Assembly: GCA_951812955.1 (NCBI GenBank)
Contig: OX638340.1
Location: 544,001-608,000, forward strand
From: an uncultured Gemmatimonadota bacterium
GTDB taxonomy: Bacteria; JAAXHH01
Direction: 5' to 3'
Length of the DNA: 64,000 nucleotides
The notes under the pieces are model-generated. The model worked only from the letters and a program-made list of their open reading frames with translations, was not told where the DNA came from and did not search any database. The position numbers were made by a program, and so were the translations under genes. Of the stretch, positions 1 through 9,773 are shown in pieces. Every line of letters starts with the position of its first letter. Position 1 is the stretch's first letter.

Positions 1-31
1 TACCGTTTCCCAAAGTCTGCAGGAGATCATC

Positions 32-1213
32 ATGAGTCAGCGGTTGTCATCTCAGGAACTCCTCGCCCAGGTCAAGGGCGAAGTGAAAGAGATGTCCATG
101 GAAGAACTCAAGGAGCGGCTTGACCGGAAGGACGACCTGGTCTTGATCGACGTACGAGAGCAGGACGAGGTCGACCAGGGCGTCATCGTTGGGGCCACCC
201 ATATTCCGCGAGGTTTTCTCGAACTCAGAATCGAAAACACCGAAAGCGACAGAGACCGGGAAATCGTGCTGTACTGCGCGGGCGGCAACCGCTCGGCGCT
301 GGCGGCGCAGTCCCTCGAGGCCATGGGGTACACCAATGTCATCTCCATGCGGGAGGGCTACACCGGTTGGAACGCTGCCGGTTTTCCCACGGTCCAGGAA
401 CGCGCTTTGAGCAAGGAAGAGCGCCTGAGGTACTCCCGCCACCTGATCGTGCCGGAGATCGGCGAGCCCGGTCAGGTAAAGATTCTCGAATCGAAGGTGC
501 TGCTGGTGGGCACGGGGGGACTGGGTTCTCCATCGGCCTACTATCTCGCGGCCGCCGGTGTGGGCACCATCGGACTCATCGACTTCGACGTCGTCGACGT
601 GACCAACCTGCAGCGGCAGATCATCCACGGCACCTCCGACATCGGCCGTCCCAAGGTGGTCTCGGCCCAGGAGACGATCAACGACCTGAACCCGGACTGC
701 AACGTGGTTCTCCATGAAACCCGGCTCATGGCCGAGAACATCATGGACATCATCAAGGACTACGACATCATCGTCGACGGGTGCGACAACTTCCCTACGC
801 GGTACCTGGTCAACGACGCATGCGTGCTGGCCGGCAAGCCGAACGTCCACGGCAGCATTTACCAGTTCGACGGCTACGCCACGGTATTTCATCCCGCGAA
901 GGGACCCTGCTACCGCTGTCTCTACCCCGAACCGCCGCCGCCCGGCGCCGTACCGAGCTGCGACGAAGCCGGGGTGCTCGGAGTCCTTCCCGGCACGGTG
1001 GGGCTTATTCAAGCCACCGAGACCCTCAAGCTCATACTCGACGAGGGCGATCCGCTCATCGGGCGGATCCTGATGTACGACGCATTGGACATGACCTTTC
1101 AGACCTTTAACGTTCAGAAGGATCCCTCCTGTCCCCTCTGCGGCGAGAACCCCACGGTTACCGAGTTAATCGACTACGAAGCCTTCTGCGGTTTCGCGCC
1201 GGCCGCCGGCTGA
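32..1213 (+). CDS. Rhodanese-domain / ThiF-MoeB (E1-like) adenylyltransferase-sulfurtransferase fusion
   Basis: 393-aa ORF. N-terminal rhodanese fold with active-site loop CAGGNRS. C-terminal E1 fold with nucleotide loop LLVGTGGLGS and paired CxxC zinc knuckles (CYRC ... CPLC). ATG preceded by GGAG. Confidence 0.85.
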   Translation: MSQRLSSQELLAQVKGEVKEMSMEELKERLDRKDDLVLIDVREQDEVDQGVIVGATHIPRGFLELRIENTESDRDREIVLYCAGGNRSALAAQSLEAMGYTNVISMREGYTGWNAAGFPTVQERALSKEERLRYSRHLIVPEIGEPGQVKILESKVLLVGTGGLGSPSAYYLAAAGVGTIGLIDFDVVDVTNLQRQIIHGTSDIGRPKVVSAQETINDLNPDCNVVLHETRLMAENIMDIIKDYDIIVDGCDNFPTRYLVNDACVLAGKPNVHGSIYQFDGYATVFHPAKGPCYRCLYPEPPPPGAVPSCDEAGVLGVLPGTVGLIQATETLKLILDEGDPLIGRILMYDALDMTFQTFNVQKDPSCPLCGENPTVTELIDYEAFCGFAPAAG

Positions 1214-1359
1214 CGGTGGTTCGGCGTGACCCATTGTGTTCGACCGCGCGAAAATCCGGACCAACTGGATTTATACTGGACGGCCGGGCGGTTATGGGAT
1301 TTTCATGTTCAATGAGTCAAGTGTCCATCCAATCCGTTAACCCATAAGGAATACTCACC

Positions 1360-2250
1360 ATGGCGGAAAGAATCGGTTTCATCGGCCTCGGCATCATGGG
1401 AGAGCCGATGTGCCGCAACCTGATGAAGGCGGGATATGCCTGCACCGTGAACACCCGGACGAAATCGCGGGCTGAAAAGCTCCTTTCCGAAGGCGCGGTC
1501 TGGAGCGATACCCCGAAGGAAACGGCAAGCAATTCGGACGTGATCATCACCATCGTGACCGACACGCCGGACGTGGAGAAGGTCATTCTAGGCGGGAACG
1601 GAGTCGTAGAAGGCATCCAGCCGGGTTCGGTCGTCATCGACATGAGTACCATTTCCCCTTCAGCCACCCGGGACATGGCCGCGGCGCTCAAGGAGCAGGG
1701 TGCCGATATGCTCGACGCGCCGGTCAGCGGCGGCGACACGGGGGCGATCGCGGGAACGCTCTCCATCATGGTGGGCGGCAAGCAGGACGTATTCGACCGG
1801 TGCCTGCCGGTCTTTGAGGCCATGGGCAAGAGCATCAATTTGATCGGCGATCACGGCGCCGGGCAGATGACGAAGCTCTGCAACCAGGTGGCGGTAAGCG
1901 TAGCGAACCTGGCCATGGCGGAAGCGCTCATCCTGGCCGCCAAGGCCGGGCTGGACATGGAGAAGATGCTCGCCGCGATCAGCGGAGGCGCCGCAGGCTC
2001 CTGGCAATTGTCCAACCTGGCGCCGCGCATCATCAAGCGGGACTTCGATCCGGGATTCATGGTGAAACTGCAACAGAAAGACCTGCGGCTTGTGATGGGC
2101 GCCGCTTCGGAACTCGGGCTGGGACTGCCCGGCGCGAGCCTGGCTCACCAGTTGTTCAACGCCATCGAAGCCGCCGGTGAGGGCGACGAGGGCACGCAGG
2201 CGCTGGTTAAATCCCTCGAACGCATGTCCGGGGTGGAAGTACACGGTTAG
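1360..2250 (+). CDS. NAD(P)-dependent beta-hydroxyacid dehydrogenase (3-hydroxyisobutyrate / tartronate-semialdehyde reductase family)
   Basis: 296 aa. N-terminal Rossmann motif GFIGLGIMG. Family-typical SGGDTGAIAGTLSIMVGG segment. AAGGA Shine-Dalgarno sequence before the ATG. Confidence 0.85.
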   Translation: MAERIGFIGLGIMGEPMCRNLMKAGYACTVNTRTKSRAEKLLSEGAVWSDTPKETASNSDVIITIVTDTPDVEKVILGGNGVVEGIQPGSVVIDMSTISPSATRDMAAALKEQGADMLDAPVSGGDTGAIAGTLSIMVGGKQDVFDRCLPVFEAMGKSINLIGDHGAGQMTKLCNQVAVSVANLAMAEALILAAKAGLDMEKMLAAISGGAAGSWQLSNLAPRIIKRDFDPGFMVKLQQKDLRLVMGAASELGLGLPGASLAHQLFNAIEAAGEGDEGTQALVKSLERMSGVEVHG

Positions 2251-2272
2251 CCGCGTTTCCTGAGGGAGATCG

Positions 2273-2746
2273 ATGCGTTTCAGCGTGCTGGTGACCCTCT
2301 TCGGCGTCGGCGCAATCCTGATGGCCGTTGCCGTTGTATTCATGTATGGCGTGGACGGAGCGGACGAACCCAGGACGCCGGAAGAGCACGGACGCCGGCT
2401 GTTTCGCCTGCAGGGATGCGCTACCTGTCACGCCATCGGCGGAGGCATTTCCCGCGGCCCGGACCTGGCCGGGTTAATCCCCAGGCTCGCCGCTCGCCTG
2501 ACTGACGACGTGTACCGGGCCCACCTGGACTCGCTTAATGTGGCAAGACCGGATGTATACGACTTTTTCGCTCCCCGGTACGAGGGGATCTTCAACGTAC
2601 AAGGCGATGAGCGGATCAAGGTATGGTTCGCCCAGCATTTGAAAAACCCCCGGTTCGATCATTTCACGGGACTGATGCCCAATTACAGTCATTTGACCGA
2701 GGACCAGGTCGATCGCTTGACCGCCTTTATCATGACCCTGAAGTAG
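2273..2746 (+). CDS. membrane-anchored mono-haem c-type cytochrome
   Basis: 157 aa. Hydrophobic N-terminal anchor VLVTLFGVGAILMAVAVVFM. Single CxxCH (CATCH). GAGGGAG Shine-Dalgarno sequence. Confidence 0.65.
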   Translation: MRFSVLVTLFGVGAILMAVAVVFMYGVDGADEPRTPEEHGRRLFRLQGCATCHAIGGGISRGPDLAGLIPRLAARLTDDVYRAHLDSLNVARPDVYDFFAPRYEGIFNVQGDERIKVWFAQHLKNPRFDHFTGLMPNYSHLTEDQVDRLTAFIMTLK

Positions 2747-2778
2747 CAATCCGATTAGTGAACACTCACGTTGTGGGA

Positions 2779-2876
2779 AGAACTGTCGTACGAACTTACG
2801 CGCACGAACTGTCGCACAACTATCGCATAAACTTACGCGCACGAACTGTCGCACAACTATCGAATGAACTGTCGCG
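2779..2876. repeat. tandem direct repeat in the ilvD leader (33-bp unit, 37-bp period, two full copies, core GAACTGTCG x4)
   Basis: AACTTACGCGCACGAACTGTCGCACAACTATCG occurs at about 2793-2825 and again at about 2830-2862. GAACTGTCG also occurs at about 2780 and 2866. Confidence 0.8.
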
Positions 2877-2909
2877 CGCAGTCTACTCAAGCAGAACGGA
2901 GACCGAAAA

Positions 2910-4586
2910 ATGAATGACGCAGGAAAAAGACACAGCAGGACCATAACGGATGGCCCCTCGAGGGCTCCGGCCCGGGCCATGCTCAAGGCCTCCGGGTTCA
3001 CCGATTCGGATCTCTCCCGGCCGATCATCGGGATCGCCAACACCTGGATCGAGATCGGTCCCTGCACTTATCACCTCCGCGATCTGGCGGAATACGTGAA
3101 GGAAGGCGTCCGCGAAGCCGGCGGCACGCCCATGGAATTCAACACCGTATCCATTTCGGACGGGATCACCATGGGCAGCCAGGGCATGAAGGCATCACTG
3201 GTCAGCCGAGAGGTGATCGCCGATTCCATCGAACTGGTCACGATCGGAAACATGTTCGACGGTCTGATCGCCCTATCGGGATGCGACAAGACTATTCCCG
3301 GTACGGTCATGGCACTCGGAAGGACCAACGTCCCCTCGCTCATGCTCTATGGCGGTTCGATCATGCCGGGCAGTTTCCAGCAGCACGACGTCACCATTCA
3401 GGACGTCTTCGAAGCGGTAGGCGCCCACGCCTCGGGCAGTATGAGCGACATCGAACTGAAGGACATGGAAGATCACGCCTGTCCCGGCGCCGGCGCGTGC
3501 GGCGGCCAGTTCACGGCCAATACCATGGCCATCGCCTTCGAGATGCTGGGTATCTCGCCCATCGGAAGCGCGAGCGTGCCAGCCATCCACCCGGACAAGC
3601 CGAAAGTAGCCCGCGAGTGCGGACGCCAGGTCATGGAGCTGGCACGAAGGAACATCTGCCCCCGCGACATCATGACGCGGAACGCCTTTGAAAACGCCAT
3701 CGCCGCCGTGCTCACCACGGGCGGATCGACCAACAGCGTGCTCCACCTCCTGGCCGTCGCCCAGGAATCGGGCGTAGATCTGCAGATCGAAGATTTCGAC
3801 CGCATCAGCGAAAAGACGCCGCTGCTCGCCGATCTGAAACCAGGCGGCCAGTTCGTCGCCAACGACCTGTTCGCCGCGGGAGGCAATCGGCTCGTGGCCA
3901 AGCGCATGCTGGAAGGCGGCATGCTCCACGAGGACGAGATTACCGTGTCGGGCCGGACCATCTCAGAAGAAGCGGCCGATGCCTTGGAGACTCCCGGACA
4001 GATTGTCGTCCGCGAACTCGAGGAACCGCTGAAACCCACAGGCGGTTACGTGATCTTGAAAGGCAACCTGGCCCCCGAAGGCTGCGTGCTAAAGGTCGCT
4101 GGGCACGAAAAGACCCATCACCGCGGACCCGCTCGGGTCTTCGACTCCGAGGAAAACGCGATGGAAGAGGTCATGAACGGGGGGATACAGCCCAATGACG
4201 TGGTGGTCATCCGTTACGAGGGTCCGAAGGGCGGACCGGGGATGCGGGAAATGCTGGCCGTCACCGGCGCCCTGGTCGGCCGGGGCCTTGGCGAATCGGT
4301 GGCGCTGATGACCGATGGCAGGTTCTCAGGCGCGACCCATGGTTTCATGGTAGGACACGTAGCGCCCGAAGCCGCGGTGCGTGGTCCCATCGCCGCGCTG
4401 CGCGACGGGGACACCGTGGTCTTCGACGTCGAGTCCCGCCGCCTCGACGTGGAGATATCCGACGAGGCCATCGCCGAACGCCTTGCCGAATGGAGCGAGC
4501 GGCCCTCCGTTTTCGGCGACGGCGTCATGACCAAGTACGCCCGGCTCGTATCTTCAGCGGCAAGAGGGGCGGTAACGCGGGCGTGA
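2910..4586 (+). CDS. ilvD: dihydroxy-acid dehydratase
   Basis: 558 aa. IlvD/EDD family hallmarks: IGIANTW near the N-terminus, CDKTIPG Fe-S ligand region, and SDGRFSG/THG near the C-terminus. GGAG 9 nt before the ATG. Confidence 0.95.
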   Translation: MNDAGKRHSRTITDGPSRAPARAMLKASGFTDSDLSRPIIGIANTWIEIGPCTYHLRDLAEYVKEGVREAGGTPMEFNTVSISDGITMGSQGMKASLVSREVIADSIELVTIGNMFDGLIALSGCDKTIPGTVMALGRTNVPSLMLYGGSIMPGSFQQHDVTIQDVFEAVGAHASGSMSDIELKDMEDHACPGAGACGGQFTANTMAIAFEMLGISPIGSASVPAIHPDKPKVARECGRQVMELARRNICPRDIMTRNAFENAIAAVLTTGGSTNSVLHLLAVAQESGVDLQIEDFDRISEKTPLLADLKPGGQFVANDLFAAGGNRLVAKRMLEGGMLHEDEITVSGRTISEEAADALETPGQIVVRELEEPLKPTGGYVILKGNLAPEGCVLKVAGHEKTHHRGPARVFDSEENAMEEVMNGGIQPNDVVVIRYEGPKGGPGMREMLAVTGALVGRGLGESVALMTDGRFSGATHGFMVGHVAPEAAVRGPIAALRDGDTVVFDVESRRLDVEISDEAIAERLAEWSERPSVFGDGVMTKYARLVSSAARGAVTRA

Positions 4587-4590
4587 CCAG

Positions 4591-5499
4591 TCACAGAATC
4601 CCGTGGCCGAGCGCCGAACGCAGGAGTTCCACACCCAGTTCGGCCGTGGCATTGCGCACGTCCAGGATCGGATTCAGTTCGACCAGGTCCAGGGCGCGCA
4701 GCAGTCCACTGTCGGCCACCGTTTCCATGAGCAGGTGGGCTTCGCGGTAACTCAGTCCGCCCTTGACCGGCGTGCCCACGCCGGGTGCGATGCCCGGATC
4801 GCACACATCGAGATCGAAGGACACGTGCACGCCCGCCGTGCCGTTGCCCGCCAGCTCCAGCGCTTTCTCTGCCACCCGGGCCATCCCCAGTTGATCCACG
4901 TCCTTCATCGTATAGACATGAATACCTGACTCGAGCACCTGGTTGCGCTCGGCGTCGTCCAGGTTGCGTACACCTACGAGGACGGTGTTTTCCGCTTCGA
5001 CGGCCGGATCGGTCGGCCCGAAACCCGTCAATTCGGCCGGTCCTCCTCCAAGCAGTGCGGAAAGCGCCATACCGTGGACGTTTCCGCTCGCACTGGTGTC
5101 GGGGGTGTTCATGTCGCCGTGGGCATCGACCCACAACAGGCCAATCCGCTCGCCCTCGTCACGGGCGCATGCGGCCGTGGCTACCACCGAACCGGCGGCC
5201 AGGCTGTGATCGCCGCCCAGAACCACGGGGATCGCTTCATCACGCTGCGACGCAAGCGCCGTGTCGAAAACGTCCCGGCAGACGTCGGCGATATCTTCGA
5301 TATACTTCTTCGAGGGAACACCTGGACGGCACGTTTCCCGTATGGGCGCCGGCAGGTCTCCCCGGTCAGTCAACTCACGGCCAAGCTCAGAAACCACGCC
5401 ACCTACGCCGGCGATGCGCATGGCTGATGGCCCCATGTCGACTCCTCGGCGTCCCGCGCCGAGGTCGAGGGGCACCCCGATGATATGGATGGGATTCAT
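4591..5499 (-). CDS. arginase-family ureohydrolase (arginase-like)
   Basis: Binuclear Mn motifs GGDHS, DAHGD and SFDLDVCDP. N-terminus IHIIGVPLDLGAGRRGVDMGP is typical of arginases. Start trimmed to the internal ATG (MNPIH). The longest ORF reaches 5727, but its N-terminal 76 aa are low-complexity. Confidence 0.85.
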   Translation of the reverse strand: MNPIHIIGVPLDLGAGRRGVDMGPSAMRIAGVGGVVSELGRELTDRGDLPAPIRETCRPGVPSKKYIEDIADVCRDVFDTALASQRDEAIPVVLGGDHSLAAGSVVATAACARDEGERIGLLWVDAHGDMNTPDTSASGNVHGMALSALLGGGPAELTGFGPTDPAVEAENTVLVGVRNLDDAERNQVLESGIHVYTMKDVDQLGMARVAEKALELAGNGTAGVHVSFDLDVCDPGIAPGVGTPVKGGLSYREAHLLMETVADSGLLRALDLVELNPILDVRNATAELGVELLRSALGHGIL

Positions 5500-5593
5500 C
5501 GATGGATTTCCCTGGCTAGAATTGACCTGGAGGTCCTGACTAAACGAACGCAACATCAACGGAAAGGTCGGTCGATCCGTAGGAATCGTTTGG

Positions 5594-6022
5594 TCAATCC
5601 CGTACGGGCAGTGCTCCCGGTGGCGCGATGCGACAACCTGGCAGGGTGCGGAGAAAGGCCTCGGGACCGGGTGGACAGTAGATGGCGATGATGCGCATAG
5701 GTTCCCAGCCGGTGTTGATCGTTTCATGGTACATGTCGGCGGGAATGTGGCACATCATGCCTGGCGTGACTTTCTTACGAATCTCCTCGCCGTCTTCCTC
5801 CACCATCTGTTCACCTTCGCCCGAAATGTAGTAGAGGATCTCCTCCACGCCGGGATGGTTATGCCGTTCGTGTCCCTTGCCCGGTTCGAGTACGACCAGC
5901 CCCATGCTGAAGCGCTCGGTTTCGGTCACCCGGGGTTCGCTGAACCACTTGATGTTCCCCCAGTCGAACATCATGGTTTCCACGTCGTCCGGCTCTACGA
6001 ATCGTAGGCCCGGTTCAGGCAT
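5594..6022 (-). CDS. cupin-domain protein
   Basis: Two His-containing cupin motifs (HERHNHPGVEE, PADMYHE). Start placed at MPEPGLRF. The longer ORF to 6145 would translate the upstream tandem repeat. Confidence 0.65.
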   Translation of the reverse strand: MPEPGLRFVEPDDVETMMFDWGNIKWFSEPRVTETERFSMGLVVLEPGKGHERHNHPGVEEILYYISGEGEQMVEEDGEEIRKKVTPGMMCHIPADMYHETINTGWEPMRIIAIYCPPGPEAFLRTLPGCRIAPPGALPVRD

Positions 6023-6033
6023 GTCCGCCTCCT

Positions 6034-6092
6034 GAGTCTGCGTTTGTGAGTCTGGTTTATACGAGTCTGGTTTATACGAGTTTGTGTTGGTG
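6034..6092. repeat. degenerate 15-bp tandem repeat (about 4 copies) upstream of the cupin gene
   Basis: GAGTCTGGTTTATAC occurs twice perfectly in tandem, flanked by GAGTCTGCGTTTGTG and GAGTTTGTGTTGG. Confidence 0.7.
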
Positions 6093-6204
6093 AATTTGTA
6101 CCGATTGAGCCAGTGTCGCGCTGGCTGTATGAATCCGCCGTTCATCCTGTGAACCCGTGTCGTGAAGGCTCTGCGAATCCGCGGATCACCGGCTCTATCT
6201 TTTC

Positions 6205-7062
6205 TTAAATGGCCAGTCCCTTGAAAAGACGGACCTGTTCCGTGAGCGCCCTTTCCACGGGCAGGCGCTCGATACTCGACGCCCCGAAGAAACCGACGAC
6301 CCCGGTTGTGTTGCTCAGCACGTACTCGGCGTCATCGGGTTCGGCAATAGGACCGCCGTGGCACAGCACCAGGATATCATTCCTAACACCGACTGCGGCA
6401 TCCCGGATGGCCTGCACCCTTTCTGCGGCCTCCTGTATCGTCATGGCCGTCCGGGCGCCGATCGTACCGCTCGTCGTCAGACCCATGTGGGGTACGAGCA
6501 CGTCTGCGCCGGCCTCGGCCATCTTCACGGCTTCTTCCTCGTTGAAGACGTAGGGACAGGTCATAAGCCCCGCCTGGTGGGCCTCGGCGATCATCTCGAC
6601 TTCCAGGTCGTAACCCATGTTCGTTTCTTCGAGATTCTGGCGGAACAGGCCGTCGATGAGTCCGACCGTGGGGAAGTTCTGGACCCCCGAGAATCCCTGG
6701 TCCTTCAACTGGCGAACGAACACGCTCATGATCCGGAAGGGATCCGTGCCGCAGACGCCTGCCAGCACGGGGGTGTCCTCCACGATGGTCAGGACCTCCT
6801 GGCCCATCTCCACGACCACCTGGTTGGCGTCGCCGTAGGGCATCATGCCCGATAGGGAACCCCGCCCGCCCATGCGGTACCGCCCGGAGTTGTAGATGAT
6901 GATAATGTCGGCGCCTCCCGCTTCCGCGCACTTGGCGGACAGACCGGTGCCGGCGCCTGTGCCGATGATGGGGCAGCCTTCGGATACCTGTGCCCGCAAT
7001 CGCCGCAGGCATTCGTCGTAGGGTATGGCCATTGATAACTCCGTAATCGGGTAGGAATTCAA
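6205..7062 (-). CDS. phosphoenolpyruvate-hydrolase-like TIM-barrel protein (TIM-barrel signal-transduction family)
   Basis: 285 aa. Strongly family-typical blocks GTGAGTGLSAK, IIIYNSGRYRMGGRGS, VQNFPTVGLIDG, HMGLTTSG, LCHGGPI, FFGASSIERLP. An alternative ATG lies 10 codons in (MAIPY). Confidence 0.7.
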   Translation of the reverse strand: MNSYPITELSMAIPYDECLRRLRAQVSEGCPIIGTGAGTGLSAKCAEAGGADIIIIYNSGRYRMGGRGSLSGMMPYGDANQVVVEMGQEVLTIVEDTPVLAGVCGTDPFRIMSVFVRQLKDQGFSGVQNFPTVGLIDGLFRQNLEETNMGYDLEVEMIAEAHQAGLMTCPYVFNEEEAVKMAEAGADVLVPHMGLTTSGTIGARTAMTIQEAAERVQAIRDAAVGVRNDILVLCHGGPIAEPDDAEYVLSNTTGVVGFFGASSIERLPVERALTEQVRLFKGLAI

Positions 7063-7304
7063 AGTTCATACGGGAATAACCGCGTCTTTTCAATCTTCAG
7101 CGGCATGATTCGAGTATAGGAACACGTTGCCCAAACGTCAACGAAATTGGCGGGATGTGAAGGTGAACCCGAAATAGGTTTGAATCGTATCTCACCACGC
7201 TGTAAAATGTCTGTAGAACGGATCAAAATGTCCAATGAACGAAATCTCGATCAGATCCGTGCAACAGATCCACACATGGCCTGGAAATCATCCGGAGACT
7301 ACCC

Positions 7305-9716
7305 ATGATCGGTAATGAGATGCTGCGCATTCAGCAGATGCGCCACGGGCATGCCCACATCCTCCGTTTTGAAGTCCTCGATCCGAATGCCGGGTGGCGT
7401 ACGGTATTGTCCCACCGGGCCGAAACCAAGCATCGGCCATGGGAAAAGGACGAAGGATCTTCGGTGGAAGATTTGGAGGTCGCAGGCGCGGACGGAGTAG
7501 CAGACGCGGATGGGAAGTCGACCGCTGTCTTCTCGCAGATCGACCTGCAGGATGCCGGGAGGCTGACCCGTCGAGGCGAGATACCTGGCCATCGCATCGA
7601 GGAGCGAATTACTGTCGCATCGGACAATCTGCTTCGCGTCGAGGTGCGCGATCGACTCACCCGGCCCGGCCTACAGCTTGCGCGCCTGATGAACCACTAC
7701 TATTTCATGCCCGACAACCGGGCGATGGGTTACGCGCTGCCTCTGGACTTCGCCTGGCTTCCGGGTCTGCACGAAAACGAGAAGCACGTGGCCGGGGACT
7801 GGTTCTTCCGGTCTCCCTGCGCCATCGTCCTGGCCCACGGTGTGTACGCGGCCATCGTGCCCGATCTGGACCGAATGAACGAACAGCCGACCCTGCCCCA
7901 TGCCCTCGACCTTCGAGCATGGCATCATCCGTGTAGCGGTGAGACCTATGGCCTCCCGAGACTATCCTACGGAATCTGCCGGTGGAGGCCTGACGGGCAC
8001 GTGATCACGGCGCTCGATGTAGCCGCACCGATCGAGGAGACGGAAATCACCTACGCTTTCGATCTGATCATCGGGACGGCTGGAGGTCCCGAATCGATCG
8101 TAGGGCAGGTCACGGAGCTGCTGTGGGATAAGTACGGGGCGCGATACCTGCAGGACATCCGGCCGCAGGTCATGCCCTACGAGGAATACGGAAAGCGGTA
8201 TACCTACAAACATGAACTGAAACTCTGGGCGAAACGCGTAACCCTCTCTGGTAAAGATGGTTACGGAATTGAGAACACGTGGCGACGGGGCGTCAACTAC
8301 CACGCCTGGGAGAACGACTTCCAGTCCGGCTTCGGCATGTTGCACTACGGGCGAAAATGGGCCGACCGGGACCTTATGGCCATTGCCGAGGGCATGGTCA
8401 TTCTGCGCCTTTCCTCTCCAAGACGGGACGGGGCCTTCCCTTGTATATACAATGTAGATACAGCATCCTGGGAAGGAGCCATGTACTGGACCTCATGGCC
8501 CGCTCACCCGATGGATGGCTACGATTTGCAGTCCATGGGCGTAACGGCCTGGTGGATGCTCTACTGGTACGAACAGTATCCCGATCTTGAACGCGGCCCC
8601 GATGTGCTGAACTGGATCATCGATTTCTGCCGGTTCCTGGTCGACGCCCAGCTTCCCTCCGGCGCCATTCCAACCTATTTCGACGGCCAACTCAACCCTT
8701 CGCCCCAATTGAAGGAAGCGGCGCCCACGGCTATTGGAGGTGCGGTGTTGGCGAAGACCGCTGGCCTCATCGGCGATCCGGAAATGGAACGTGCCGCCTT
8801 GAAAGCCGGCGAGTTCATGATGAGGGAAATCGTCCCGCGGACTATGTTCCAGGACTTCGAACTCTTCTATTCCTGCGCGCCGCGACCATTGCACTGGGTC
8901 GATCCGCTCAACGGCATTCCACCGGTCAATACCCTGGCCATACAATGGACCGCGGACCACTTCCTGGCCCTGTACAAACTCACAGAGGACGGGCAATGGT
9001 TTAGCCAGGGCGAGTACTGCATTGGGTTGCTATCCCTGTTCCAGCAGGTTTGGGCACCTAACCGATACGGGAAGGCCTACCTCTTCGGCGGTTTCGGCGT
9101 GATGAACTGCGACGGGGAATGGAACGACGGCAGACAGTCCCGCATGGTTCCGACCTACGCGGACTACTTCCTTTCAACAGGTAAAATTGAATACCTGGAG
9201 CGGGCCGTGGCCGCCAGCCGCGCCGCCTTCGCCGCCATGGACATGGAAGAAAACCATGCTAACGGCATAAATGATTACCGTGTTACGATGGCTGAGCAGT
9301 TGAAAGTGGAAGCCGGTATTGGTCTCTCGCCGGAGAGCATCATGCACGGCGATCCCCGGGTGCATTCGGGAGAGGGTGGCGGCTGGACGGGAATCAATTG
9401 GGGCCCCGGCGGCGGCCTGGCTGCGACGGCCTACCTGGAGAGGCATTTTGGTAATGTGTGGGTAGACGGCAGGACGAAAAAAGCGGTCGCCATCGACGGC
9501 GCCAGCGCGGAAGTGAAGGAATGGACACGCGGGCACATCGCATTGACCGTAACCAACGCGCTGCGAAATCTCGTTTCACCGTATACCGAACGACGAACGA
9601 TCCTGCTTAAATTCGGTTACCTGGATGATGACGCATACACAATCACGCTGAACGGGCGGGACCTGGGTGAACAGAAGCGTGCCACACTGGAGCAGGGGCT
9701 GGCAATCGAGATTTAA
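7305..9716 (+). CDS. hypothetical 803-aa cytoplasmic protein, possibly an (alpha/alpha)6-toroid enzyme
   Basis: Long ORF with GGAG Shine-Dalgarno sequence and no signal peptide. Trp/Tyr-rich repeats (WWMLYWYEQYPD, WTSWPAHPMDGY) are reminiscent of six-hairpin glycosidase-like folds. No catalytic motif recognised. Confidence 0.55.
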   Translation: MIGNEMLRIQQMRHGHAHILRFEVLDPNAGWRTVLSHRAETKHRPWEKDEGSSVEDLEVAGADGVADADGKSTAVFSQIDLQDAGRLTRRGEIPGHRIEERITVASDNLLRVEVRDRLTRPGLQLARLMNHYYFMPDNRAMGYALPLDFAWLPGLHENEKHVAGDWFFRSPCAIVLAHGVYAAIVPDLDRMNEQPTLPHALDLRAWHHPCSGETYGLPRLSYGICRWRPDGHVITALDVAAPIEETEITYAFDLIIGTAGGPESIVGQVTELLWDKYGARYLQDIRPQVMPYEEYGKRYTYKHELKLWAKRVTLSGKDGYGIENTWRRGVNYHAWENDFQSGFGMLHYGRKWADRDLMAIAEGMVILRLSSPRRDGAFPCIYNVDTASWEGAMYWTSWPAHPMDGYDLQSMGVTAWWMLYWYEQYPDLERGPDVLNWIIDFCRFLVDAQLPSGAIPTYFDGQLNPSPQLKEAAPTAIGGAVLAKTAGLIGDPEMERAALKAGEFMMREIVPRTMFQDFELFYSCAPRPLHWVDPLNGIPPVNTLAIQWTADHFLALYKLTEDGQWFSQGEYCIGLLSLFQQVWAPNRYGKAYLFGGFGVMNCDGEWNDGRQSRMVPTYADYFLSTGKIEYLERAVAASRAAFAAMDMEENHANGINDYRVTMAEQLKVEAGIGLSPESIMHGDPRVHSGEGGGWTGINWGPGGGLAATAYLERHFGNVWVDGRTKKAVAIDGASAEVKEWTRGHIALTVTNALRNLVSPYTERRTILLKFGYLDDDAYTITLNGRDLGEQKRATLEQGLAIEI

Positions 9717-9773
9717 AGGATAGCTGAATACCAGTTCCGTTGGCTGTAAGAGTCTATTGGACGGTGGTTCTCT

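Noticed and set aside
4214-5483. Long ORFs (306 aa at 4214..5134 minus, 232 aa at 4785..5483 plus, 378-aa extension to 5727), Arg/Pro/Gly-rich
   Set aside because: They overlap ilvD and the arginase gene in alternative frames or antisense. Low-complexity R/P/G composition is typical of spurious ORFs in 65%-GC DNA.
6383-7093. 236-aa RG-rich ORF on the minus strand
   Set aside because: Alternative frame of the well-supported TIM-barrel gene. The composition is a GC artefact.
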